DNA from: Blasia pusilla
Lineage: Eukaryota
NCBI GenBank assembly: GCA_050084515.1
Contig: CM114271.1
Span: 37,138,001-37,202,000 of the forward strand
DNA length: 64,000 nucleotides
Reading direction: 5' to 3'
Shown: piece by piece, positions 12,466 to 25,410 of the stretch
Position numbering within the stretch: the first letter of the stretch is position 1
Layout: every line of letters begins with the position of its first letter
The notes under the pieces: generated by a model
What the model was told of the DNA's origin: nothing
The model's database searches: none
The model's input: the letters and a program-made list of their open reading frames with translations, nothing else
Position numbers and translations under genes: made by a program

Positions 12466-15059
12466 TTACGAACTCACGGAAGCACTTTGCGAGAAGTTCA
12501 ATTGCATCTGTTTTCTAGGCCTCAGGACGTCTGCAATACAACCACTCGTTAGAGCAGCATTGCAACATAAAGGCTCCTGGAAGGGGGGATCAAATACAGC
12601 TCGGGACGTTTTTCCAGTCATCTGTAAAGGATTTTGGTGGCAAGCAGGATTGTGCCTATACCTGATCCAGACGAGGCGTGTTTGATGGAATTGAGCGCAC
12701 TTAACGCAGAGGCCTTCCATTCGTTGTACGAATCTTTCTCCAAAGACTTTTTTGACCTTTTCAAGCCAGGAACCTGTGCAATATTCCTTACACGAGTGAG
12801 ATTAAGCCTCAAGGCGCCGGGACTGTGGGGCTTGCAGACCCTAAACGTAGTTGCCCACTTAACAATTGGGATGATGTTGCAATATCTGTCACGAAATAGG
12901 TTACTATTGGAAATGAAAATAGAACAGAGGAGTGCTCATATATCTAACTATCATGTGTTTCCTTATAAACTTACCAAGGAAACCTCCTCCCCTTCTACCG
13001 AATCTTCATCTGACTCGTGCTCATCGTCGCAATTCTTCCGTTTTCCGGGAAGGGCATCCAGCAAGTCTGCCGCATAGAAGGGAAGACATTCCAAGCAATT
13101 AGCCATATGAACCTGATGACAGATCAAATCTACCAGAACATCAATTAAAGATAACGTCTTTACCTCTGTTGGTCTTGATTGCTTTAACATCCTTTTTCTC
13201 CCTCTGGACGCCAAAGATATCGAAACAAAGATCCATCATGGAAGTAGACACCTGGTTTGGAAGCCACAATGTTAGATACAGGTCTACGAAGCCAGATGGG
13301 GGAAGCCCAGAGTCTTAGTGAATGTATACATCGAAATGAAGAGTGACAGACAGATATTCGGTTCTCACATTACTGAATTCGGAGTCGGAAGTATCGCATG
13401 ATCCGATCAGCTTGTGCTTGTCCACCTTCAGCTGGAATCACAGAAGGCACGAGGTCAGAACCCACGCTAAATGGCAGCAATTTCACTTGGTGTGCTAGCC
13501 GAGTTTCTAGGGAACGCTGGTGCATGACGACTCAAGTCCTTACCAGTTTAAATTCTGGATGGCCCAATAGATCAGAAACAAGTTTATAAGCTGTGACTCG
13601 TAGCGGATCAAGAAATTTGGAGCTTCCGTGCAAACTATACAAAGACAACAGAATTGCATAAGAGATGGAGCAAATTCATACCTTATGTTTCTTAGCGCAC
13701 AAGAAAAATGCAACACCCGTGAACACCGGACGATTAAAGTCAGCGCTCGCACGTCGGGCTTCGGGGAGGGCTGCCACGAATCTTTGTTGATACCTGGAAT
13801 AATCAGGTCGATTATGATCAGAGGCAAGAATAATGCTGCCTCCACTTCGACAAATTCACGACTAGTGTGCTCCTTCAAGTAGGATAATTGGAATAAAGTT
13901 GGAGGTCCAAAGTACGATATACACTGAGGGTAGAAAAGCCAACACGCTGAAGGATTGACCAATGGAGCAACCAAAACGTTGATCTTTAAGGACGCTACTG
14001 TATTAGTACTGATGGAAAATAGAAGGGGGAGATTGTTCAGTGAAAAATTGAGGATGATTTATCAAATTGCAGGTAATGTTGAGAAATTGCAACTCACAGT
14101 GCCAAGGCCTTTTGTACTGAATCTATCAATCTCACGCAGCCGAATTGGACAGCCAACTCTCGGACGTCAAGTTTTTTCCTGCCAACAAAATATGAACCCC
14201 TCAAGTGAGATGCTGGAAACAGAGTAACAGTTGGGAAACAGCATCTTCACTCACCCTGAGAATGATGATTCCACCTTAAGAAACAGAATTGAGAGTGTCA
14301 CAAAACAACTCACCGAAAACCAAGTGCACTTTGAATTGCAGTGTATGTCCTTAAATAAGCTTTCTCAGATAGGCCACTGTAACGGATTGCTTTTTGACGA
14401 TCGAAACGAACCTGCAAACTGCACCAATGAGCCCAGAAATAAGACATAAAAATACATCCAAATCCCAAAGCTTAGTCAAATGCTCAGGTATTTCGGATCA
14501 AAGCTGTTTGGACTATGACTTCAACCCCCCTGGATGAGACTCAGTTCATTCAAATGGCTGGCGCTAGAATTCCACGCTAAATTCAAATTGAGTGTGGACA
14601 ACGAGAGTTCTTCACACGTGATGGAACGAGCACCTCCATGATGAACTAATTCAAGTACTTCATCGAGAAGCTAGTGTGAGATGTAAACGTAATCAATACA
14701 GAAAAGGGTCCTTGTAATGAAAATTGAGAAGAAAAACTCACACGGTACAGGCAAGCTCGAAACAGAGAACTGCTTTGCATATCTCGCCCTGTAGAAGAGC
14801 GACAACATGAGAAGGGGGACATTTGGCAGATTGATTACAGTGCTGAAATCCATTGATAGAGGCTTGAAGCAGCGGCAAGTTGAGAATTCCACATATTCTA
14901 CATTGAGACGAAGTGGAAGTCTGAGGGAATCAAACTTACCACTCCCAACGCCGAAGAGTTGAAGTGAACATTGCTGAGCCTCTGTAACTCTTGGGCTTTT
15001 CTTGTCAGCTTCAAGTTTTCCGGCAAGCCTAACTTGATCTGCACCTGTTTCATATCCAT
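12466..15059 (-). CDS. ORC6: Origin recognition complex subunit 6, 294 aa; exons 15059-14940, 14788-14742, 14418-14314, 14178-14098, 13793-13682, 13431-13369, 13251-13164, 13066-12975, 12773-12662, 12530-12466
   Basis: Manual splicing gives MDMKQVQIKLGL..SSALGV/GEICKAVLCFELAC/..FDRQKAIRYSGLSEKAY/..LDVRELAVQFGCVRLI/YQQRFVAALPEARRASADFNRPVFTGVAFFLCAKKHK/LKVDK../VSTSMMDLCFD../DLLDALPGKRK/..YNEWK.., recognisable as plant ORC6. Nine GT-AG introns; the 885-nt frame is open. Confidence 0.93.
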
Positions 15060-15668
15060 TGGTGATGTATTGATGAGACCAAAAGTAAGGCAGCGGTTCG
15101 AAGAGAACAGGCCTGAAAACCACGTCCCTCCTCAACTCTGAGCCATGCCCTTTGCGGCTTCTTCTCTCACGAAACCAATTCTAATCGCCAATGCAGCCAT
15201 GTGACCGACCCGACCACAGAAGTTCTAATCCTTCGGACCCTGCTTGCACATCCGGTTCGCAAAGCTCCGGGCAAACCCGCTTCTTCGCTTCCAATCCGCC
15301 TATCCTGGCCAGGATTGACAATAATTCCCGATAATCCTTCGTGACCACGCTCGCCACTCTCCCTGATTCCAGACCTCCAGATCGAAAAAAATTCAGCCAG
15401 ACCGGGAAAACAAATTTCCACTGCCCCGATGCCTCCTCAGACTGGATACAGCGATCAGAACTCATCCATCCATGCTCGCGGATCGTCTGAATTGCGATGT
15501 GGAGCCAGGGAAACCGAGGGAGTCCGAGCCGTCTGTACAAGTCGGCATGGAAGAGTAGCACCAGGACATGAGAAGCATCGCACCTGGAGGTTGCTAGGCA
15601 TCTAGTCATGGTGGATCAATTATGGAGGCGAGCGCGCGAGAGGAGGGCGGGAAGAGAGTGCGCGCTCA

Positions 15669-15677
15669 GGCGGGAAA
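15669..15677 (-). promoter_or_regulatory. E2F binding site TTTCCCGCC upstream of ORC6
   Basis: GGCGGGAAA on the plus strand in a CpG-rich upstream region, with related GGCGGG motifs at ~15646 and ~15691. Replication-licensing genes are established E2F targets. Confidence 0.6.
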
Positions 15678-17731
15678 CCCACACAGCAGTGGCGGGTAGA
15701 GTGAGGGAAACGAGCCTCAAATTTCACTTTCAAACGGGGACAGGAATGCCCTCAACCTCCAGCGGATCTGCTTCTCTCATCTTCTCTCCCTCCGTTCACG
15801 GACGTATGAACGGGAATATTCCACATAGTGATTAGGGGGTCCGAAGAGATGTTCCGTAGCGCACTACGTCCAGATGGTGAAAAAAGTGGACGCACGCCGG
15901 TTGTTTACGGTGCGGACGTCCTGATTTACTCATGACAATTCAATTCAAGAAGAAGGGGATGCATTTATGATTGATCCTAGTGCTCACACATCCATCTATA
16001 CGAAAATAAAAAAGTGATTGAAGAACAATTTATCTCGCAAAGGAAAGATTATCGATGCTCTAAAAAAATTATGTTCATAATATGTGAAATTATTTTTTTT
16101 TTGAATTATCATATGTAGAGCAAAGAAGTGTTTACAAATAATAAAAAAATTTCTCATAATAATATAGATAAAGAAAATAAAAAATGTTTGAAAAACTAGT
16201 GTATAGTCTGTGAAGGGAAGAGATTAATGATGATGCATACAAAATCAAGTTTTTTTCTTTATTCTCCCATAATAAGATAGATCATTTGAGGAGCACTTCT
16301 TCAAGTGGCGACACCTCTTATTTTTTACATGTGTCTTTTGGGCTTCAAAACTTCTTCCGCATATATTGGGAAATTTGAAATTTTTTAAATCTTTTGAATA
16401 ACTTAAAAAGCTATTTGAAAATAAGTTTCTAAGAGCGCCAAACTATACGCGTTTTGGCCTTTTTAATTGGAAAAGGGGTTTTGGAATTAAGTTGCTATGG
16501 ATGCCAAGCCGCCAAATTCTACACATAAACTAGACGCGTTTTGGTTCAACTCATACCTCAAATACTTGGACCTTTCCACAAGCTCTGACTCGGAGTACCA
16601 CCCCTCTCCTTTGGGGCTTTAAAAGGGACATTGTTGCACCCCTCAAACCTGCAAGGTTCGAGAGAAAGAGATCGAAGAAGTTTAAGTTTGACTATTGAGC
16701 TTCTTGATAGTATGTCACATTCTAAAATCCAAAAATCTATCATCCATGTGTGTTGATGAGTTTTGTCACACATGTAAGGAGAGATATGCCTCCAATTTGG
16801 GTCGGCTCTATGTGCCTTGTCGAAATCGGTCACAAAGAAGCCAAAAGCTATCTCCCCAATATAGTCCCATCACCTCAATTTCCTTCTCGGTCACATTCTC
16901 TCAATACTCTCGGATCTTTGCAGTTTGCTCAAATCCGAGGCACAAAGATGTCATGATGTTGCTATTGCAAACCAAACGACTATTGGACAAAAAGGATTGC
17001 AAAATCGAACCCAACGAAGGGGAGCCTTCCTAACAGGTAGCTAAAGCCAACACATTGCATGAAGGAGATTGATCAATGGGCTTTGCACGAAGGTGTCTGC
17101 AAGGAAGCCATATTTGCGTAGAGAGCAAGACAAAAGCAATATTGAAATGCATGAGATCAAAGCGAGTGAGCTTACTGAGAGTGAAAGTTTAGCCAAGGAA
17201 ATTGATAGGGAACACATGCAATCGCTTGAGAGAGATGAGAAAATCATCTAGGGCTCAAGCTAAAATTTTATTGTGACAAACTAAACAAGAGCTTGGGCTT
17301 TGCTATCTGCAATCATGAAGAGCATCATGAGGAGCTCAACCCTTCTCTCTGCCTTGCTAAGCTTGGCTATGAGTCTTCCCTACTCTCCTGGACATGAAAT
17401 TACAAAAAAGGAATGGTGAGACCCACAAGTGCATGTGCACACTATATGAGCAAAGGAAGAAGACGATGCACATTCAAGGAAGGGCGAGCGTAGCGTGAGG
17501 GAAAGAAGGAGCGTAAGGTAAGAAAGCTATTCAAATCCAAGACAAGCACAAGATGAAAAACAATGCTTAAACAAGTGCGTGTTTCCACTAAGTTGCACAT
17601 CCCTGCACAATGTGGGTGAGACAGCCGCACACAAAATGAGAGAGCCATGTAGAGAGGGAGTCTCGCAGGTAGAGAGCCTCGCAAAGAGAAAGATCCACCG
17701 CTTGAATGCAGCCGCGCACAGAGAGAGCAAC

Positions 17732-17837
<106 letters not shown>

Positions 17838-18879
17838 GCAATAAGTTTTAGAGCCACGCACAAAGAGGGTCGAGCCTTAAAGATGATTGCATATCGGTAG
17901 AGACGAGCTGTGCACGGTGAGAATGAAGTTGAATGTTGGGCGGGAGAGACGTGCCCATGCCTCGACAGAGATGATTCCAAATCGGGAGAGAGAAGACATA
18001 CGCGGTACATGAGAGTGGAGAGGAATGCTAGCCATGAGAGAGTAGCCTGTACGTCGAGAGAGACTCAACCAAAAGCATGCGTAAGGCAAGAGAGGGTAGG
18101 GCAGAGGACTTAGGGTACCGTTGAAGCTAGCCTTAACTTCATTGGTCCAATCTCTCTAGATTTGAATGGCCTTATCTAGTTTTGAATGTGCAAGATTTGG
18201 GGGTAGAAAATAGGGGTAACAAATAGAGAGGCATTTAGGTTAAGTGGGGCAGGGGGAAAAAAGATGAAAGGGGGCGGTAGGGTGGGAAGGGAAAAAAATA
18301 ACTTTTACTTGGTGTCTGGTGTGGACTCGAGACATCTCGTAAATGTAGTTGGACGTACACGTGGGCATCAAGTTGGGATGGTACATGATGGTCATGGGTT
18401 TGATCGCCGGCCAATCGATGGTTGCAATAAATAAATTGCATTCTTGCAACTATAATAGTATATTCACTCTTGACACATGTCTTTTTAGGGTTGGAGGTTT
18501 TTCCATGTGGAACCACAAAGCACTAAAAAATCCCACATGTCTTGCTCATAGTTTTGATTTCACTCTATAATTTTCTTATTTAAAACAAATACCAAAGTGA
18601 ACTATTTTGAATATTTCCTAAGTTTATTTCCATTTATTTGTGATATGTTTCTTACAGATTAAAATATTGAAGGGACTGGGGATGGAGGACAAATCACTTT
18701 TAGACATCACAAATTCGTCCGTTTCGTCTTCGACAATAAACAAACAAGATCCTTTACTGATTTGAATATCTCCAGCTTAAGTCCACGTTATATAAAGTGC
18801 ACGAAGAGATTGAGAAATTTACACTTCAAACTATAACTCAACTTTTCTACCTACCTTCAACATGATTTAACATGTTTTG

Positions 18880-19520
18880 TATGACTCCATTTCTTGTAGA
18901 CTTCCTATTCCATCGAATCCTACAAATATACGTGACTTCCGAAAAGTATTGCATGATGAGGCACAAAGAAGAAAATTTGCATTTTGTGTGGAAAAACTAG
19001 CAAGGCGAGCTAAAACATGTCATCTTCTAGAAATCAATCATACACCAGCGTGTGGTCATATCTTCAACATGTGATGTTTTTCTTTCATGTGACTCGATGG
19101 CCACCCTTTTTTAAGATTGTTGTAATCTTGAAGCGATTAATTTACTTGCATGAACCCACATCTTGCAGACTTCCTGTTCCATCGAATCCTATAGATATAT
19201 GTGACTTTCAAAAATTTATGCGTGGTGAGGCACAAAGGCAAAAACGCACTCTTCGTAAGGAAAAATTAGCAAGCCAAACTGAAATAGTTCATCTTCTACA
19301 ATTTAATAATACGGAAATATATGGTCGTATCTTCAACATAACAAATTTGCTTTCATTCCTCTCTATGGCCACTCTATTGGGTGATTCTCGTAAGTCCAAA
19401 GTTATTATAATTGCATGAAACCACCTTTTGCATATCATCTTTTCCACCTTTTCCAATTCCATCAATTCCTACGGATATATGTAACTTTTGAAAAGTGTTG
19501 CGAGGTGAGGCAAAAAAAAG
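18880..19520 (+). repeat. Three diverged ~265-bp tandem units upstream of the Helitron Rep region
   Basis: Recurring TTCCATC(G/A)A(A/T)TCCTA..TGACTT..GAGGCA(C/A)AAA block at ~18900, ~19170 and ~19450. Confidence 0.75.
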
Positions 19521-19842
19521 AGAAGACGTGCCCTGCAACATCATGTAGGATATTCTTATAATATTGGAGGAACAGAAGATGATAGAAATATTGTTATGAT
19601 GGAGACTCCAGTTCAAGATATCCCAAGGTATAGAACCTTATATGAATACCTTATGATCTTGCACTACAATTTTTTTGGGGCAACTATTTGTCTGATTCAT
19701 ACTTACAAAGTCGATTTTAGATGCAAGAGTCAGGAGGAAATTATCATAGTTCCTATTTATGATGAAGTTGCTTCCATGCCACCCTTGTTTGATGAATTAT
19801 ATTCTTGAGTGAATGGGGTTAAGGTGCCTAATATGAGAAGTA

Positions 19843-22800
19843 TTGGAGAGGAGATACGATTACCAAGAAATGAAGAGGATGAGGTCAATTTTTTATGCAT
19901 CCACACTTCCACCAAAAATTGAGGACGTGCCTACTATACTTCATGGAGTAGACAACCCATTAAGTGGTGGACTTATGCCTCCTACTTTGAAAAATATCCA
20001 TACATTGGCTAATATCGGGAGGATTGTGAAAGTCAACAAGTTATTCAATCTTGCACAGACTCGAAACTTCCAAGAAAGTGATGTTAGAAAACTTGGGATG
20101 TCATCAATTGTAAGTCAAACACTAGGCCGTCTAAACATAGGGAAGATGATTGAAACATGTCCTTCGTGTCATGCTCTCCATTGGAAATGTTAGAAGGTGA
20201 AGGCTATAAGATTTTGCAACTCACGTTTTGGTATGTGTTGCGATTTGGGATGCCATCAATTGTAAGTCAAACACTAGGCCGTCTCAACATTGAGAAGATG
20301 ATTGAAATATGTCCTCCGTGTCATGCTCTCAATTGGAAATGTGAGAATGTGAAGGCTACAATATTTCGCAACTCACCTTTTGGTATGTGTTACAAACATG
20401 GAAAAGTACAATTTCCTTTTTTTAAGAAGATTCCTCCATTCTTGCAATCATTAATTTTAGGTATTGGTGCTCAAAGTGATCACTTTCTTACCCGTGCTCG
20501 GGCTTATAATTTTGCATCATTATTAGCTTCTTCTGGAGGAACTTGGTGGTACTTGACACTTTAGGGTTCAAGGTGGCATCTACCATACTATTAGAGCACT
20601 ACATCTAGACGAAGGGGATTATCCTAAATTTAAATTTTCTCAAATCTATATTCATGATACTGAGAATAAGTTGGAGCATTGATGAAGAGTTATGTCTCAT
20701 GATCTCCAACTGACATCTTACAAGGGCTACTAGAGATGTTACATCAGCATAATCCCTATGTTAAAGTATTTTGTAACATTGCAAACGAGGCAAGTGATCG
20801 CAATATGTGTATCATCCTAAGGATAAGTAAGGGTGGTCTCGAGGCAAAACATTACAACTTACCATTAGCTTTTGAAATTGCAACAATTTTGCCAGGTGAT
20901 GAAAGTGATTGTGTTGATCGCCATGACATTATTGTGCAATTACATGGGAGGGGGGCAAGACCTATATCAGACCTAAATGAAGCATATATTATGCTACACT
21001 TTGTTATGTTGTTTGTTTATGGTGAAGTACGGTGGCATCTTGGAATAAAATTTGAGAGTTTTTGAGAAACTACAACCAATATCGTTGTGAGGGATAATAT
21101 ACTCCATGGTGCATAGAGACGTAGAATGTTCCAATGACTCAACAAAGGAGGATATAGTTTATCATGGGATAAATGAGGAGACCTTCATAAAGAATCGAAA
21201 AGTATTGCAATCTTGCAATTTGTCTCTTTTCGACTACGGACACGGCTTGGAGCTCAGGAGGATAACCGATTACTTCGATTTGGTCGTCGAGTACATGGTT
21301 GACCTCTATGCTACTATAGAGATGCAAAGATTATGTTGGGTTTGATTAAATCAGAAGGAGTTGCGGGCTGAATTATATCAAGGTGTAAAAGATGCCTTAC
21401 ATCAATACAATATGGATGGGGCGAGGTTTGGGAGACGCATTATTTTGCCTTCTTCTTTTAGTGGGGGGTCATGTCATATGCATCAACTATATTAAGATGC
21501 AATGGCTATTGCGAGGCAATTTGGAAAATCATACTTTTTTTTTAACTATGACATGCAATCCTAAGTGGGAAGAAATTACATCATCATTGTTACCCTGCCA
21601 AACTGATGTAGATCGGCGTGATTTGGTTGTGGGATTTTTTGAGAAAAAAAGAGGGAGTTACTACGACTTGTTATGAAGAAGCATAATTTGGGACAAGTTT
21701 TGGGATGTCTTCATGTGGTGGAGTTTCAAAAAATAGGCTTACCACATGTCCATATATTGATTATTCTCAAGCAAGCCAAGTACCATTTATGATTATGATG
21801 ATATTATTTTAGATGAGCTTCCAGATCCAATCATGCATCCAAGACTCTATTCTATTGTGGCTAATTGCATGGTTCATGCGGACAATTAAATCCAAATGCT
21901 CCTTGTATGGATAGGGAAAGAGAAAAATTTACCAAATGCTATTCTAAGGCTTTTGCGATTGTGACTTCAGAGACTGAAGATGTTTACCCAATCTATCGGA
22001 GGTACTTAAACTATGAGTTTCTTAATGAAGTATGAAGTAGAGCTTCTTGTAATATACAAATTTCTCTTATCTTTTGGTTATAAATCCTACATATATTTTT
22101 CATCTCTTCTAAAATTATGTTCTTTCTTACATACGCTAGATCAAACGATGGAAAACACTTGTTAATGAAGCGTAACAAGTGGTTGGATAATCGATGGATT
22201 GTGCCTTGTAATCCTTTATTATGTACCCTCTTTGATTGTCATATTAATTTGGAGATTGTAAACAATATTTTGTGATGAAATACTTACATAAATACATATA
22301 GAAGGGATCTAATGTTGTGTCATTTTAGGTCTCAAAAGATATGGATACCTCTACGATGATGGAAATCTTCAATGAGACAAACCAATATATCAATGCAAGC
22401 TAAACCTAACAAAATTTGATTATATTCCCGATTCTAATTGATTGTTTTTTGAATGACATGATATACATCAAAATCTATAAAGTAGGTAATATTGGAATTG
22501 TATGTAGGTAGATCTCTTCTTGAAAGGCATGTTAGCAACTTTTCAAGTTTAATTTGCATGTTGAACAACCAAGTGTTAAGAGATTGGTTGTTCATCTACC
22601 AAAGGCACAAACAATTTACTTCGATGATTATGACATGTTTGGGGATATTTTGCAAAGAAATAGTGACAACACATTGACTCAATGGTTTATTACTAATCAC
22701 CTTGATCAAACGACTCGAGAGTATTTATATCTTGACTTTCCTTTATACTATCGTTGGAGTAAAAAGAAATGGGTTGGTAGAATACGAAAAAGAAATAGTT

Positions 22801-23190
22801 GTCGTCCTCTATTGGATGTTTATACCTTATTCGTGTAAACATTACGTGTCGTATTATGATTATGTAAGCATTATTTTAATTTGGGTTTAATTTTTAATTT
22901 TATTTTAGGAATATTCATGTAAGAAAATGAATGAATTTTTGTTCGTTACTAAATGATCTAACTGATTACATAATTTTCTACAGGTGATGGAGAACGTCAT
23001 TGGATGCGGTTACTTCTTTGTTATGTTCGAGGTGCAACTTCCTATGAACACTTGAGAATTGTACATAGAGTCGTATATCCAACTTGTAAGGAATATACTA
23101 TTTACTTGGGACTTCTTGAGGATGATAATGAAGTATTCTCTTGCTTACAAGAAGCTTTACATATTTGCATTGGTCCCTCACTCCGACAAT
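19843..23190 (+). pseudogene. Helitron Rep/Helicase, Zn-finger and Rep (HUH) part; decayed, truncated before the helicase
   Basis: CPSCHALHWKC..CYKHGKV, LRAELYQGV, ILPSSFSGG, FLTMTCNPKWEEI, VVEFQKIGLPHVHILI (HUH), KYLHKYIYKG, LLLCYVRGATSYEHLR. Includes a ~152-bp tandem duplication at ~20093-20395. Confidence 0.9.
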
Positions 23191-23329
23191 ACGAGACATC
23201 GCTTGCATTTGCAAAGACAACCAATCGTTGGGGACTTTTGCAGGATTTTCCAACTCAGGGTAGATGTTGTGGCTCGTCGGATTGCTAAGGGTTGCCTCGG
23301 AACTATGCGTTTAGGGATAGAAAAGCGTG

Positions 23330-23960
23330 CAACTTGTCGCTAACCGACGGGTTGCCCTGGTACCTTGCCTATTACCCCAAGATAAGCAAAGCGTGCAACC
23401 CGTCGGCCTTCGACGAGTTGCGTGGGTACCGCGCCTTCTTGCCCAAAGACAGCGGAGGCGCGCAACCCGTTCGCCTCAGACGGGTTGCGCAAGTGCCTCG
23501 CCTTGTAACGCTTACATGAAGGAAGCGTGCAACCCGTCGGCCTCTGACAAGTTGCGCGGGTGCCCCGCCTTCTTGCCCAAAGACGGCGGAGGCGTGCAAC
23601 CCTTCGGCCTCAGACGGGTTACGCAAGTGCCTCGCCTTGTAATGATTACATGAAGGAAGCGTGCAACCCGTCCACCTACGACGAGTTGTACGGGTGCCTC
23701 GTCTTCTTGCCCAAAGACGGCGGAGGCGCGCAACCCGTCGGCCTCAAACAGGTTGCGCAAGTGCCTTGCCTTGTAACGCTTACATGAAGGAAGTGTGCAA
23801 CCTTTCGGCCTCCGAAGAGTTCCGCTGGTAGCCCGCATTCTTGCCCGAAGACGGCGGAGGCGCGCAACCGGTCGGTTTTCGACGAGTTGCCAGGAGGACG
23901 GATGCCTGCAACCTGCGGAAAGCGTGCAACCCCGTCAGAGCCCTCGGAGTCGTCGGGTTG
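23330..23960. repeat. ~133-bp tandem repeats, each with two GCAACCCGTCGG..CCGACGGGTTGC-type palindromes
   Basis: CCTTGTAA(C/T)G(C/A)TTACATGAAGGAAG recurs at ~23502, ~23636 and ~23769. A shorter equivalent array is at ~38780-39080. Confidence 0.9.
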
Positions 23961-24050
23961 GTGTTTTTCACGTCCAGACTTCCATAACGGCCAACACGTC
24001 ACCGTCGGAACGACGATGCGACCCAACGGTCATCCCAACGGCTCGAAAAG

Positions 24051-24058
24051 TATAAATA
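24051..24058 (+). promoter_or_regulatory. TATA box of the ParB-MTase gene, copy 1 (equivalent at 39208-39215 in copy 2)
   Basis: TATAAATA is conserved in both copies, ~210-250 bp upstream of the ATG of MTRKK. Confidence 0.55.
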
Positions 24059-24297
24059 ACCGAGTGTTTGCTCATTTCCGGTTTTTTGTTTCGCAATCTC
24101 AATTGCTCTTCTGCGCAGCAGCTGACCAGATGCTAAGGGGCGCTTTACACCACGACTCATCGTGAGACGATTCGAGCTACTCATCAAGGCGACTCATCAC
24201 AACATTAGCAAGGCGACTCATCAAGGCGACTCCTCGAGGCGACTGATCGTGCACAAAAAGCAATTTCCTTGTCCATAGGAGGCATTTTCGGGAACAA

Positions 24298-25410
24298 TGA
24301 CAAGGAAAAAAACTCAAGCAAGCAAGGTTGGGAGCTTCACTCCCAAGGGTGGGAGGACTCATGCGTCACCATCTCCATGGCCTCGTTCGGCCAATGAGAT
24401 AAGGCAGCAAGAAATCGAGGAGCGGGAAAGGGAAGCGGAGATGCACAAGCAGGAGCTTCTTGCAAAATGCTTTAAGGAGGCGCTCAAAAAACAGAACGCA
24501 GAGGCTGAGGCGTCGCAGTCCTTGAAGAAAAGGATCGCCGATGAAAAGCGTGAGAAGAAGCGTTTGGACGCGTTGGTGAGGAGAGCAGAATTGGAAAAAG
24601 CTCAAAGGGAAAAAGCGATTGCCATTGAAGAAAGCCCTGCTCGTCCAACCGAAAGTGTTGAGATGCAGGAAATATCCCCGATGAAGTCCGGGGACACAAT
24701 CAATATAGTGGAAACAGACGAAGTTCGAGTGATGGATGATGAGGTCATGAGGACCGCCATCGTGGAGATGGTGGACATCGCTGAAGAAGCTGAAGAGCGC
24801 TCTTCCTCGTCTCTTAGCCGGGCGGAAGAATCGACCTCTATCGGATCGACGAGTTTCCAGTGGACTTGCCAGATGTTGTCCCAGAGTAGTTGGCTGGCCA
24901 AGACACCGACCCAATCTTCGAGCGGGTAAGAAACGATCTTGGATCTTTGAGTTATGTGAAGGGCCATGTTGCAATTCATTGGAAATTTAGTGTGGTTTAT
25001 CGACCTTGTCCCCGTTGTGACAGGTGGTAAAGTAGATGGCACTGATGGAGGGCTAGAACGCCCTGAGAATTCCACTTTGCCGATTGCGGACAATGGAGTA
25101 CGTTCGCGAAATTCTTGAGGGAACACAGCAACTGTTTGACCTTTGTAAAGAGGCAAAGGAAGATTACGATAGGCTAGTTGGGACGTACAACTCTCCTCCG
25201 AAGCCGAAAGCTCTGGTTCTAGACCCACCATTGGTAGTGACACCATCGTCACTTCCCCCGATTCCAAAAATCGGGAGGGCAAGGCCGACAGTAATTCTGG
25301 AAGAGCTCTCGGACGATGATGAGTGAGTTCAAAGAACTCAAGGACCCAGCTTGATTGCAGCGTTTGGAGTAGGGATTTATTTGATGACGAGGCAAAAGAA
25401 TTCATAGAAT
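24298..25410 (+). pseudogene. Internally deleted copy 1 of the ParB-MTase gene (N-terminal charged/coiled-coil exon fused to the C-terminal tail)
   Basis: The MTRKKTQASK.. exon matches 39418-40053. MEYVREI (=~40221) joins directly to LEGTQQLFDLCKE (=~44100). Confidence 0.75.

Noticed and set aside
13545-13636. Exon-like open frame (LHGSSKFLDPLRV..) flanked by AG/GT inside ORC6 intron 5
   Set aside because: ORC6 reads continuously from CAKKHK to LKVDK without it, and its 91-nt length would shift the frame.
16600-17400. Short charged/coiled-coil ORFs, possibly a Harbinger Myb-like accessory relic
   Set aside because: Too degraded, and no adjacent transposase or TIR could be identified.
23330-23960. 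Palindromic repeats resembling a CRISPR array
   Set aside because: The intervening sequences are themselves repeated rather than unique spacers, there are no cas genes, and the context is eukaryotic.
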